Positions 31,801 through 41,679 are shown, counted from the first letter of the stretch. The stretch is 64,000 bases of DNA from Nitrosopumilus sp. (GCA_963667665.2 OY763927.2:1728001-1792000); one strand, 5' to 3'. Program-made: numbers and translations. The notes: generated by a model from the sequence alone, not told the origin.

Positions 31801-32040
31801 TTGGCAACAGCGTATGTTCTCATAAACTGTGAGCTAGGTTCTGAAGAGGCAGTAATATCAGAACTAAAATCAATTGAAGGAGTTGTTGAAGTACATGGTA
31901 CATTTGGTGCATATGATATATTGGCTAAAGTAGAATCTGGTCAAGTAGAGGCACTACGTGAGACTATTACTTGGAAGATTAGAAAAATTCCAAAAATCAG
32001 ATCAACTCTGACATTAATGGGAATTGAAGGACAACAATAA
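31801..32040 (+). CDS. Stand-alone Lrp/AsnC ligand-binding domain protein
   Basis: AYVLIN...GTFGAYDILAKVE; no HTH; paralog at 63025. Confidence 0.9.
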   Translation: MATAYVLINCELGSEEAVISELKSIEGVVEVHGTFGAYDILAKVESGQVEALRETITWKIRKIPKIRSTLTLMGIEGQQ

Positions 32041-32101
32041 TTCTTCAAAATCCTTCGCTTTTATACTCAAATTGTAATACAATACATCCCTTCAAAAAAC
32101 A

Positions 32102-32151
32102 TGTCCCCCAAAGGGATACCGCACTGAGAGGATAGTTCACCACCTCTCAGT
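32102..32151. other. GC-rich double hairpin between convergent genes
   Basis: TGTCCC/GGGATA stem followed by perfect ACTGAGAGG/CCTCTCAGT stem. Confidence 0.5.
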
Positions 32152-32205
32152 AGAATTATTATAAATCAAATTATGATGTGATGTTTTTTTGATAAAAGAA
32201 TATGA

Positions 32206-32553
32206 TTAGAGAGCTTCAGAACCACTCTTTTTAGATACAATATTCATTACACTATCAACACTTGTCACAATTATAATTCCGTCTCCACTATTTCCAGTAT
32301 AAGCAGCATCTGCAATAGCTGATGTTATTGATTCAACTTTATCGTCATCAACTACTGTAGTTATAGTTGATACCTTGTTGTATTCAGCTTCAATGGTTCC
32401 TGTTCCTCTTCTTGATCTAATTGTATGTCTTTTTCCAGAACCGCGTCCATCGTCATCCATTATGGTAAAACCTCCTACTTTGTCTTTAATTGCCTCAGAA
32501 ACTATAGATACTCTATCTGTTTGTATGGTTGCTTCAATTCGTTTCATTTTCAT
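32206..32553 (-). CDS. glnB: Divergent P-II family nitrogen regulator
   Basis: MKRIEATI, GRG, AAYTGNSGDG B-loop. Confidence 0.85.
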   Translation of the reverse strand: MKMKRIEATIQTDRVSIVSEAIKDKVGGFTIMDDDGRGSGKRHTIRSRRGTGTIEAEYNKVSTITTVVDDDKVESITSAIADAAYTGNSGDGIIIVTSVDSVMNIVSKKSGSEAL

Positions 32554-32672
32554 TTCTTTTTAACTAATGTTTAAAAAAGATCATATGTTTTCATTCAAAT
32601 TTCATGATACACATGAATGATTGGTTATTTCATAATCCTCTGAGCTTTTTAGTATTGAAAAAAAGGAAAATT

Positions 32673-32849
32673 ATGAAAAGTGATGAAAAAAGATCTCATA
32701 GACTAAATTATCTTTTAAAGTGTTATTTGATGAACCCTCAAGAAATTGATCTCTATAAAAAAGCCAAACAAATGGGAGTGTCTGATTTTACTGCAAAGGA
32801 TTACATTCGAACAGTCATTATACAAGCCCAAAAAATCTACTCAAAATAG
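32673..32849 (+). CDS. Small basic hypothetical protein, HTH-like
   Basis: AKQMGVSDFTAKDYIR helix-turn-helix pattern; ATG 32673 preferred. Confidence 0.55.
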   Translation: MKSDEKRSHRLNYLLKCYLMNPQEIDLYKKAKQMGVSDFTAKDYIRTVIIQAQKIYSK

Positions 32850-32960
32850 TTTTAGGTGTTTAATTCAAAAAATAGAATTAAATCAGCTTTTTCTCAAAAA
32901 GAAATCAATAGCAATCTTAAACAAGGAATTCATAAATAATCAATATGAGAGAAAACACAC

Positions 32961-33644
32961 ATGAATGATTCATTGCTTGATGATGTAAAGGCTCTTTTAG
33001 ACAAAGACTTTGGAGATGACAGAATTTTAAAGCAAATTTGTAGAGCATGTGAAAACGATGAAGTAATTAGTAATTATGAACGAAATTATGTTAGAAAATT
33101 AGCTGAAAAACATCTAGGAAAAAGGCCTGAAATAGTTCAAACCCCAATACCTGATGAAGCAAAACCAATAATTCCAGATGTTGTAATCCCAGAACCACCT
33201 ACAATTCAAAATATTCAAACATTTCAACCTCCACCACGAATATCTTCTTCTAATTCAAAAAATTCAAAATTAATGTTAGGTATTGGTGGAGTTGCCTTGG
33301 TAATAATTATTGTAGTAGCAGCTTCATTTAGTGGTGTTTCTGATGTAACACCACCTAATCCAATTTCAGATACATTATCAATTCAAACTGATTTATCATC
33401 TTATGACAAAAAAGATATAATTTCAATTAGTGGCGTATCTGATACTACTGGAATTGTTAACCTCTCAATTGAAAATAAAAATAATGAACTTGTATGGGCA
33501 GAACAGGTTTCTCTAAAAAGTGATGGAAGATATTCAACATTAGCTATTGCTGGAGGTCCTGGATGGGAAAGTTCTGGTACATATACAATCAATATAGATA
33601 ATGGTATAGAAATAAAGTCAAACACATTTTCATTTACTGCTTAA
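32961..33644 (+). CDS. Single-pass membrane protein with Pro-rich linker and external Ig-like domain
   Basis: TM LMLGIGGVALVIIIVVAA; C-terminal GxY beta-sandwich pattern. Confidence 0.75.
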   Translation: MNDSLLDDVKALLDKDFGDDRILKQICRACENDEVISNYERNYVRKLAEKHLGKRPEIVQTPIPDEAKPIIPDVVIPEPPTIQNIQTFQPPPRISSSNSKNSKLMLGIGGVALVIIIVVAASFSGVSDVTPPNPISDTLSIQTDLSSYDKKDIISISGVSDTTGIVNLSIENKNNELVWAEQVSLKSDGRYSTLAIAGGPGWESSGTYTINIDNGIEIKSNTFSFTA

Positions 33645-34221
33645 TTTTTTCAAATTCTTTCCAATGAGAATCAACTATATCTCTAAGCTTCTCTACACTA
33701 ATTTCTTCCATATATTCACGATAAACTATGAATTTGTTTTGTCTACCTGAATCTTCACCAAAAATATCATTAGTATTTTTTGGAATTGCACCTGATTTCC
33801 ATTGATTCATCTCAAAAATCCATATTGTTGAATCTGGATTTGAAAAATCAATATCATCACATCCTACAACGTAAAGAAAACATTTTGTTGATTGATTTAA
33901 CTTTTCATGTAATTTTTCATATGCTATCATTTGGCCTTTTGCAATGTTGATCTTATCATTATGAAATCCTTTGAATTCCAAGATGACAAAACCTCCTCTA
34001 TGTTCAATAAGCCAATCTATGTCAGTTCCACCTGAAGCAATCATTCCATGCACAATTAGATCACCTAATACCTCTCTTCCACGAGTAAATTCTGACTCGT
34101 CAAAAATCTGGTATTTTGCCTTTTGGCTTTTACGGATAATTTGTTTAGAATTATGATCAGAATGATTTGGATTCTCCTTTTCATACAGATTATCAATCAA
34201 TTCGTTTGTTTCATTTGCCAT
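33634..34221 (-). CDS. Hypothetical protein, PD-(D/E)XK nuclease-like fold
   Basis: TDIDWLIEHRGGFVILEFK (D-x13-ExK) followed by GQ helix. Confidence 0.6.
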   Translation of the reverse strand: MANETNELIDNLYEKENPNHSDHNSKQIIRKSQKAKYQIFDESEFTRGREVLGDLIVHGMIASGGTDIDWLIEHRGGFVILEFKGFHNDKINIAKGQMIAYEKLHEKLNQSTKCFLYVVGCDDIDFSNPDSTIWIFEMNQWKSGAIPKNTNDIFGEDSGRQNKFIVYREYMEEISVEKLRDIVDSHWKEFEKIKQ

Positions 34222-34290
34222 AATTTTGGAATTTTTAATGGATGATAAGAGAGTTTGTGAAATTTAGTAAAGTTAAACTATTTTTCTGAT

Positions 34291-34512
34291 TTATCTACAG
34301 AAAAATTCTCCCCCTGCGCCTTTATATAAAATAAAATATTCATCTTGATTTTTTCGCTCTTTTTTAGCATTCAAAGCATCTTGATACATTTCAAAATGTT
34401 CAACTAAATACAATTGATTTTCAGAATCTGCAAAATAATCTAATCCCACTAAATCAAATCCTGTTTCAGGAGTTAACTTGATCTTTTCTTTTTCAAAAGT
34501 ATCTTCAGTCAA
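34291..34512 (-). CDS. Hypothetical protein
   Basis: 73-aa ORF co-oriented with tbp. Confidence 0.65.
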   Translation of the reverse strand: MTEDTFEKEKIKLTPETGFDLVGLDYFADSENQLYLVEHFEMYQDALNAKKERKNQDEYFILYKGAGGEFFCR

Positions 34513-34553
34513 TTTACAATTTATTGAAATATTAAAATTTAGAAAAATTATTA

Positions 34554-35111
34554 TTAATAAATCATTAGATCTTTTTCTTCTAATAATGAATGCAAGTTAT
34601 GGACAGAACGATAAACATCTGATTCTTTTTTAGCACCTGTACATACCAATTTTCCTGATGCAAATAACAATATCACTGTTTTTGGATCGAGCATTCTATG
34701 AATCAGTCCAGGAAATTGTTCTGGTTCATACATACTTCTTGGTAATGTTCTTGCTGCTTTTTCTAAGTGAATTTTTCCACCAAGATTAATTGCAGCTACT
34801 ATATTTTGAACTGTAATTACTGCATCTTTTTTTACTTTTACTTTTCCCTTTCTTAGTTTTTGAACTACGGTGTTTACAGCTTTGATTGCCATCTCTTCAG
34901 ATTTGGCACCAGTACATACCATCTTTCCTGTTCTAAAAATTAAAGTTGCAGTTCTAGGTATCTTTAATCTAAAAACAAGTCCTGGAAATTGTTCAGGGTG
35001 ATATTCAGTATCTGGAAATTTTTTTGTAATTTCAATTAGATCAAGTTTTTGGTCAACTGATGCAGATGCAACTACGTTCTCAACACTAACAATTGGCTTT
35101 GTTTGAGGCAT
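34554..35111 (-). CDS. tbp: TATA-box-binding protein
   Basis: Two repeats NVVAS...YHPEQFPGL...IFRTGKMVCTGAK and NIVAA...YEPEQFPGL...LFASGKLVCTGAK. Confidence 0.97.
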   Translation of the reverse strand: MPQTKPIVSVENVVASASVDQKLDLIEITKKFPDTEYHPEQFPGLVFRLKIPRTATLIFRTGKMVCTGAKSEEMAIKAVNTVVQKLRKGKVKVKKDAVITVQNIVAAINLGGKIHLEKAARTLPRSMYEPEQFPGLIHRMLDPKTVILLFASGKLVCTGAKKESDVYRSVHNLHSLLEEKDLMIY

Positions 35112-35176
35112 AATATGGGTCTTTAAATAGCCCTGTATATATACTAGTCAAGTATTTTCTGGAAATTCAGGTTTTT

Positions 35177-35632
35177 CTAATGATGTCCAATCCATTGGTA
35201 ACGATATTCTTCATCAATGATATCTGCTACTATTTCCTTGTTTTTGATTTTTGTTTTAGGTAAATCTACCTCAAAGAATCCTGGTTGACCCTTCAATGGA
35301 ATTGGAATTCTAAATGATTTTACATTTTTTAACATAAATCCAAATGTTTTTTCATGAAAATTTTTTGAAGCTAAATGAAATTTTTGATCTATTTTTATTT
35401 CCTTTACTGAATTATATTTTTTCACTTCATAAAGTTCTGCTTTGCCAATTATTGCACCTATAACTAATTTTTTATTTATTTTTAATCTCCTACAATCTTC
35501 AGTTCTAATTTTAATTGGAGCATGAATCAAAAATTCTCCTCGAAAATTTGTATTCCAATTTCTTAACTCAATAATTTTTTTACCTGATATTATTAAATCT
35601 GCAAATGGTTGTGATACTGATAGACATTTCAA
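35177..35632 (-). CDS. ASCH domain protein
   Basis: LSVSQPFADLIISGKKIIELR, RGEFLIHA, KGQPGFF; TTG start at 35632. Confidence 0.88.
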   Translation of the reverse strand: MKCLSVSQPFADLIISGKKIIELRNWNTNFRGEFLIHAPIKIRTEDCRRLKINKKLVIGAIIGKAELYEVKKYNSVKEIKIDQKFHLASKNFHEKTFGFMLKNVKSFRIPIPLKGQPGFFEVDLPKTKIKNKEIVADIIDEEYRYQWIGHH

Positions 35633-35636
35633 AATA

Positions 35637-37178
35637 TCATTCAGTAGCTGCTTTAATAAATTCCCCAGGATTTTTACCAATTCCTTCAGGCAAATTTGTT
35701 ATTCCACCATTCAAGCTTTCAGTTACTATGCCTTTGCTTGCAAGAACTTGTGCAGTCATTAATGATGTATTTCCAGCCATGCAAATTAGTAATGATTTAC
35801 CTTTAGAGCCATCTAGTTCTTTGCTAAGCTCTTCTGGAATTTGCTGTGTTGATAATAATTCATTGATAGTACTTGCTTTTGAGATTGCAATTTTTTCTTT
35901 ATCTATTCCTAAAGATTTAGCAATCATTTCAATTCCTGCTTCTTTTGGAGTATATTGAGGATGGACCCATATTATTTTATCATAATCTTGAACACTAGAT
36001 ACTGCTTCATCCAATGAAACTTGAATACGCTGATTCTTGAACATTGCCTCTAGATTTTTTCTATATTTTTCTATGCCATCGGCAACTACAACTATGAATT
36101 TTCCTTTATCACCATCACTTACCATTTCTAATACTGTGTATAGTGCAAGTGCAGTACTTTCACCAATATTGTGACCCTTTTCTACAAAAAATTTTAGCAG
36201 ATGTTTGGCCTGTCCAAAATCTATCTCATGTTCAGCAGCATATGCATCTGGGTTGTACAACTTTAATCCCTCAGCTTTAGCCTTTGTTCTGATTCCTGCA
36301 ACATCTTGACCTGCTGGTGGAAATACTACATGTATTGCCTTTTTCCCATATTTTTCATTCATGTATTTACTTAATCCACCAGATGTGCCTCCTGTTCCAA
36401 AGGAACAAACTAATCTGTAGTCTTCCAATGAATCTCCATTTTCATGTAATTGTTGGTCAATTTCTACTGCAGTAATTGTTCTATGAGCATCAATGTTTAA
36501 TTCATTATCATATTGTTCTGGACAAAAGCAACCATAAATTTTTGAAATTAGTTTTGCGAGATTAATAATATCTTCTGCAGCCAATAGTTTTTCAATTTCC
36601 TCAATAGACTCATCAAATTTTGTAGGATCAAAACCCAATTCAGATAATTGAGAACGAATGTTTACCGCAGTTGCTTTTGCTTTTAAAACATCAGCATCAC
36701 TATCTTTCATTCCGGGAGCAGGACAAATATCCATGTCTAGATCCATTATGCGAATATTTTCATTTCTTAATTCCTTAAAGACTCCTTCTTGTAATTTTCT
36801 TGAAACAAGAGAAACAACAGTCAATCCTAGTTTTGACATTTGACCAAGAGCAATTCCAAAATTTCCTGATGTTGCTTCAATTATTGTTTGATTGCTTTTC
36901 AACTTTCCTGTTTTAATTGCATCATGCATAATGTAAATGGCAGGTCTGATTTTGATTGAACCTGATATCAAGTTAGAATCAAATTTTCCATATACTTTCA
37001 AGTCCAAATCTGAAATATCTAATTTGTAAAGATTTTTTGCACATTCCTTAAAATCACTAGTAAGATCAATTAACGGTGTTGCATTGATTACTTTACCTTC
37101 TTCTAAATGTGGAATTTTATTCCATATCTCTTGTTCAAAGCGTTCAAGAAGTACGTTATCAATATTGGTTCCTTCCAA
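35637..37178 (-). CDS. PLP-dependent cysteine synthase family enzyme fused to rhodanese domain
   Basis: GSIKIR, EATSGNFG, QYDN, GTGGT; C-terminal ICMAGNTS...LNGGI. Confidence 0.85.
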   Translation of the reverse strand: MEGTNIDNVLLERFEQEIWNKIPHLEEGKVINATPLIDLTSDFKECAKNLYKLDISDLDLKVYGKFDSNLISGSIKIRPAIYIMHDAIKTGKLKSNQTIIEATSGNFGIALGQMSKLGLTVVSLVSRKLQEGVFKELRNENIRIMDLDMDICPAPGMKDSDADVLKAKATAVNIRSQLSELGFDPTKFDESIEEIEKLLAAEDIINLAKLISKIYGCFCPEQYDNELNIDAHRTITAVEIDQQLHENGDSLEDYRLVCSFGTGGTSGGLSKYMNEKYGKKAIHVVFPPAGQDVAGIRTKAKAEGLKLYNPDAYAAEHEIDFGQAKHLLKFFVEKGHNIGESTALALYTVLEMVSDGDKGKFIVVVADGIEKYRKNLEAMFKNQRIQVSLDEAVSSVQDYDKIIWVHPQYTPKEAGIEMIAKSLGIDKEKIAISKASTINELLSTQQIPEELSKELDGSKGKSLLICMAGNTSLMTAQVLASKGIVTESLNGGITNLPEGIGKNPGEFIKAATE

Positions 37179-37206
37179 AAGTCTTTCTCCTCAAAATTCT
37201 AATAAA

Positions 37207-38769
37207 TTATCCTTCTAAAATACTAATCACTTTACTTGGAATATCGTTTAGTCTACTAACTGCCATAGTTTTTTCATATCCTAAATGTTTGAGATTATTT
37301 GCTATAGTAGTAGCCCTTATCGTATTTGGACCCAAGCCTAAAGCCACCATATTGATACCTAGCCCTTTTAGAGATTTTGTCATATTTCTTACTGCATTAG
37401 GATCTGATGGTTCACCATCTGTTAATGTCAAAAAAATATCTGGTCTTTTTGATTGTAACATTGGAAACATTTTATCATAAACTTCTGCTAGAGGAGTTGA
37501 TCCATTAGCAACGATCTGTGCTAATCGTTTTGCAGTAATATTGTTCCATTTGACATTATCTTTTTTTATAGACCAGCAAACCACAGATCTGTTTTGAGTA
37601 CTAAATGCATATACTGCAAATTTTACCTTAAGAAAAGCTAAAACTTCACAAAGTGCTAGCGTTGCCTTTTTGTATTCTAGAGAATCTGATGCAATACTTG
37701 ATGAATGATCCAACAAAATTACAATTTTTGTTTTAATTGATTTTTTTATATCTATAAAAAATGGTTCGTGTCCTTCAATGTAACTTTCTTCATCAAACTC
37801 ATCTCCAGATCTTTGATGTTGTTCTTTCCATCCATATTTCCATTCCTTAAATTTAATTTTTAATCGATTAATCAAATTTGTATCATATATTGTAGTTTCA
37901 TTTACATTTTTTATAGATGGAATTTGAATTCCTATTGCTTCTGGACTTAATCCTTTATTTTCCATTTTTTTGTTTTCATCAAGTAATACTTTATACTCAT
38001 CATAGACACTATCTCCTCTTAATATTGATTCAGAATTAGCTGAACCAAAATCTCCTTCTTTGTTTTTAGAAATTATTTTTAGAATTTTTAATAGTTCTTC
38101 TTTATTTAATGCCATTCCAGCTTTCATATACGGTAAAGATACTGGAATTGTAAGCAATGAATCAATCTCTAAAATTTTAACTATCTCACTTACATTTTTT
38201 TCAAGCCAATCAGTATCATAATTTTTCTCAATTGCTTTGGTAACATTTTTTTTTGCAAATTCAGTTGCTTTTTTAATTTTCTCAAAATGACTAGATTGAA
38301 TTTCACCTTTAATTGCACCAAACATGAAATATTGATAAAATGCCTCTACAATTCGTGCATTTCCATAAACTGTGTTTAGTTGTGGTCTTGCTATAAGCAT
38401 GTAGGCATAATTGAAGATAATTTCGTCATCCATTCCTTTCCAAATTTTTCTGCCTAATTGTTCAATTCTTCGTGTCTCCATTGTATTGAGAATGAATCCA
38501 AATGCATGATCATTACTGAGAATCTTTTTACAAAATTTTACTCTCATTGCTTCATACCACAATGAAGTTCGGAATTGACGATATTTTTGAAAATCGTTTC
38601 CAATTCTTTTTTCAAGAGGTGTTATGATAACTTTTTTTTCATTTAGTCTTGTTCTGGTTTCCATCTTATCTGAAATTTCTATAATCATTTTATCTTCTTC
38701 AGACCATCTTCTTACAAGAAATGTTCCAATCTCTACTATTGATTCATTTTGAAGTTGAATGACTTGCAT
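37207..38769 (-). CDS. vWA domain protein (NorD/CbbO-like MoxR partner)
   Basis: MIDAS LLDHSSSI, GSTPL, LTDGEP. Confidence 0.87.
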   Translation of the reverse strand: MQVIQLQNESIVEIGTFLVRRWSEEDKMIIEISDKMETRTRLNEKKVIITPLEKRIGNDFQKYRQFRTSLWYEAMRVKFCKKILSNDHAFGFILNTMETRRIEQLGRKIWKGMDDEIIFNYAYMLIARPQLNTVYGNARIVEAFYQYFMFGAIKGEIQSSHFEKIKKATEFAKKNVTKAIEKNYDTDWLEKNVSEIVKILEIDSLLTIPVSLPYMKAGMALNKEELLKILKIISKNKEGDFGSANSESILRGDSVYDEYKVLLDENKKMENKGLSPEAIGIQIPSIKNVNETTIYDTNLINRLKIKFKEWKYGWKEQHQRSGDEFDEESYIEGHEPFFIDIKKSIKTKIVILLDHSSSIASDSLEYKKATLALCEVLAFLKVKFAVYAFSTQNRSVVCWSIKKDNVKWNNITAKRLAQIVANGSTPLAEVYDKMFPMLQSKRPDIFLTLTDGEPSDPNAVRNMTKSLKGLGINMVALGLGPNTIRATTIANNLKHLGYEKTMAVSRLNDIPSKVISILEG

Positions 38770-39561
38770 TTAATTACCAAACATTGAAGTAATGATGTCA
38801 CTTACTTTTTGATATTCGATGTTTCCCCACTGTGTGTAAACATTTCCAAAAACAAAATATGCTACCTCTTTTGGAGACATTTCTTTATCCAACAATTTTC
38901 CAAATGCAATTGTCTCTCTTAAGCTAGGAGAATAAAATAATTCTTCAACAGCAGCAGCTTGTCTTAATATATTTGCTAGTTTAATTGCTTGAATAATTTC
39001 TGATTCATGTTCTCCAGAAACATATTTTTTTATAATTTCTAATTCAATGTTCTCTGGTGGATATTCTAATCTAATTCGTACTGGAAATCTACTTAGTATT
39101 TGTGGTGGAAGTTCTTTTGTTCCACTATGTGTTAATGGATTTATAGTTGCAATTACAAACCAATTTTCTTTTGCTTTGATTACTTCTCCTGTTGATTCTT
39201 TTAATACAATTTGTCGTCTATCATCTAACGCTTCATCTAGTCTGAGTAAAACATCAGCTTCAGCTGAATTAATTTCATCCAAGTAAAGCATGTCTCCCTC
39301 TTTCATAGACTTTACTAAAATCCCTTCATCAAAACTCACAGTTCCATCTGTTAGTGTTTTTGTGCCAACAAGATGACTTTCTCTTGTTCTAAGGCTAAAA
39401 TTAATGGATTCTAGATTTATGCTCTTATTTTTTGCAAAATCTCTCACCAAAGATGTCTTTCCAGTTCCTTTTGGTCCTATAATGAGCACAAAAAGACCTG
39501 CTTCATACGCCTTATTCAGAATTTGATTTGAATTATTCCAATCTAGATACTGTATTTCCAA
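38770..39561 (-). CDS. MoxR-family AAA+ ATPase (CbbQ/NirQ/NorQ-like)
   Basis: GPKGTGKT, YLDEIN, ATINP, LSRF, SLRE. Confidence 0.9.
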   Translation of the reverse strand: MEIQYLDWNNSNQILNKAYEAGLFVLIIGPKGTGKTSLVRDFAKNKSINLESINFSLRTRESHLVGTKTLTDGTVSFDEGILVKSMKEGDMLYLDEINSAEADVLLRLDEALDDRRQIVLKESTGEVIKAKENWFVIATINPLTHSGTKELPPQILSRFPVRIRLEYPPENIELEIIKKYVSGEHESEIIQAIKLANILRQAAAVEELFYSPSLRETIAFGKLLDKEMSPKEVAYFVFGNVYTQWGNIEYQKVSDIITSMFGN

Positions 39562-39601
39562 AGTATGTTTTCATTACTTTAAACAATATTTAATATTAGA
39601 T

Positions 39602-41059
39602 CTAATTTCTAAATGCTTCTACTTTTGTAATTGCTTCACCAAATCTCTGATGGAATGTATTATTCCATTGATCAAAACCTGATGGATCTTTTGGATAATT
39701 GTTATAATGTTCAACTAACCATTCATTTTGCTCTGATGTGTATTTCAGCGCTTTTGCAACTGTTTGATTCATCACACCTCTAATTATCATACCAATCTTT
39801 CCTAATCCCGAAAAGTCTGGATGTTCACCTTTGCTAATTGATTCAATATCCATATTTCCCAAAAAGTGTTTCATTCCATAACTGATTTGCTCATTAGTCA
39901 TTTGTTGTACTAATCCTCTAAAAAGTTCAAGACCTGCAGTTTTGTATCCATATTCTTTGATAAAGTCAAGATTGTATTGCCAAAGACTTGCTTCTGAAAC
40001 ATCATTTCCTTCTATTGCTTGCGTTACATTATTTCCAATAATTGCTCCTGCAATTAATGCTGGTCCTATTCCTCCTGCATCAATTGCTTTTGGCATCCAT
40101 GCAGAATCTCCAACTAACATGTATCCTCCAGATACCATACAATCATTTTGTCTTCTAACTGAAACTTGGAAAACTCCAGAATTATTGTTAATGTCTTCAG
40201 GATCTTCTGACAATCTTGAATTTTTGATTGCTTTGTTTCTTTCAAGATATTCTTTCATTAATGATGCTACATTGTCTTTCTTACCCAATCTTTTGTTTCT
40301 TTTATCTAAAAATGATTTTTCAACTCCTAAACCAATGTTAACTTTGTTATCTCCTTTAGGAAATACCCATCCATATCCACCTGGTGCAATATCTTGATCT
40401 AAATGAATTATACAATAATCAGGATCAAACTCTGTAAGATCTTTTTGTCCTTGATCAAAATACATAATGTATCTACCTGTAGATTCCAAATCTTTTCTGT
40501 CGATTCTTTTTTCTACTTTTGTTGAGTTCTGAAGTCCATTTCTGAGCGTAGATGTAACTCCAGTTGCATCAACTACAATTTTCGATGTTTTCTTAAATGG
40601 TTGTTTTGTTTTATTGTCAATTCCTTGAACTCCAACTACTTGCTGACCTTCATAAATCAAACCTGTAAGATTAATCTCAAATTCAAATTCAATACCCATT
40701 TTTCTGCATCTTTCATTTTGAATTTCAGGTAGCTTTTGACGATTTAACATGTATCCAGCTCCATCAAATGGAATTGCGGTTTCTCTGTCTGGTGAAAATG
40801 CCATTACACCTTTTACATCATGTTCAATTTCTGGTTTGGTCCATTGAACTTTAATTCTATTTGACATGAAATCTACTGCCTCTTTGGAACATGCATCTCC
40901 ACATACCCAACCTGCCATTGATTTTCTACCTGGTAAAAATTCTGTATTTCTATCAATAACCAAAATCTTTAGGTTTTGATTTGAATAGTGAGCAATAGAT
41001 TGAGCTGTAATTGTACCTGCAAGACCTCCACCTGCTACTATAACATCATAATCTGCCAC
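39602..41059 (-). CDS. Geranylgeranyl reductase family FAD oxidoreductase
   Basis: GGGLAG, CGDA, DATG, GYGWVFP, VGDSA...GGI. Confidence 0.88.
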   Translation of the reverse strand: MADYDVIVAGGGLAGTITAQSIAHYSNQNLKILVIDRNTEFLPGRKSMAGWVCGDACSKEAVDFMSNRIKVQWTKPEIEHDVKGVMAFSPDRETAIPFDGAGYMLNRQKLPEIQNERCRKMGIEFEFEINLTGLIYEGQQVVGVQGIDNKTKQPFKKTSKIVVDATGVTSTLRNGLQNSTKVEKRIDRKDLESTGRYIMYFDQGQKDLTEFDPDYCIIHLDQDIAPGGYGWVFPKGDNKVNIGLGVEKSFLDKRNKRLGKKDNVASLMKEYLERNKAIKNSRLSEDPEDINNNSGVFQVSVRRQNDCMVSGGYMLVGDSAWMPKAIDAGGIGPALIAGAIIGNNVTQAIEGNDVSEASLWQYNLDFIKEYGYKTAGLELFRGLVQQMTNEQISYGMKHFLGNMDIESISKGEHPDFSGLGKIGMIIRGVMNQTVAKALKYTSEQNEWLVEHYNNYPKDPSGFDQWNNTFHQRFGEAITKVEAFRN

Positions 41060-41149
41060 GATAATGAGGTTTGTCTATCCGTATTTAAAATAATATAATG
41101 ATAAAATGTATGGAATTCTTTAAACAAAATTCTATGATCGATTCAAAAA

Positions 41150-41220
41150 TGGGGTCGGTTCGTCGCGGCGTCTTCAAGGCTTTCGCTCAGACTGGAGCGG
41201 CTGTTATTTCCTCATTCCCA
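41150..41220 (-). ncRNA. Box C/D 2'-O-methylation guide sRNA
   Basis: Terminal stem TGGG/CCCA; C=ATGAGGA, D'=CTGA, C'=TTGAAGA, D=CCGA; upstream TATA-like ATTAAATA and downstream T5. Confidence 0.82.
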
Positions 41221-41250
41221 AATTAAATAATTCTATTATTCCTATTTAAT

Positions 41251-41679
41251 CTAGTTGGCAATTTGAAAAATTTCTGTAAATGTTTTAACAGTATTTTTTC
41301 TGTTGTAAATTGGAGTGTAAATTTTTATTTTTATTGTTTCTTTTTCTCCAAACACAAAATTCCCTCTCATTAGTTCTTGTTTATCTAATCTCATATGAAA
41401 TCTGGAATCTATTGTCCTTTCTTCAATATCTTCAATTAATTCATTGATTTGCTCAATCGATAAAAATCCCAAAAATTTATTCATAAAGTTTTGAGCCTCT
41501 TTTTTTACAATTTCTGCATTTAACATAATTATTGGATTATCAAAATGTCCTGTGGTTTCATGAATTGTAAAATCTTTTTCTTTTAGATCTAACAATTCTT
41601 CGAAAGCCTGGAATATTTTTGAAATATCTTCTGTTACATGAATAATTACGTCAATTGATACTTCTATCTTTTCAATCAT
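41251..41679 (-). CDS. DUF54-type RNA-binding protein
   Basis: IIHVTEDISKI, GHFDNPI, MRLDKQ. Confidence 0.8.
   Translation of the reverse strand: MIEKIEVSIDVIIHVTEDISKIFQAFEELLDLKEKDFTIHETTGHFDNPIIMLNAEIVKKEAQNFMNKFLGFLSIEQINELIEDIEERTIDSRFHMRLDKQELMRGNFVFGEKETIKIKIYTPIYNRKNTVKTFTEIFQIAN

Noticed and set aside
32746-32964. 72-aa ORF overlapping the small HTH-like gene
   Set aside because: TTG start inside a better ORF; no recognisable features
38770-39561. Evidence for nitric oxide reductase or Rubisco from NorQ/CbbQ similarity
   Set aside because: No norB/C or rbcL in window; family membership does not identify the client
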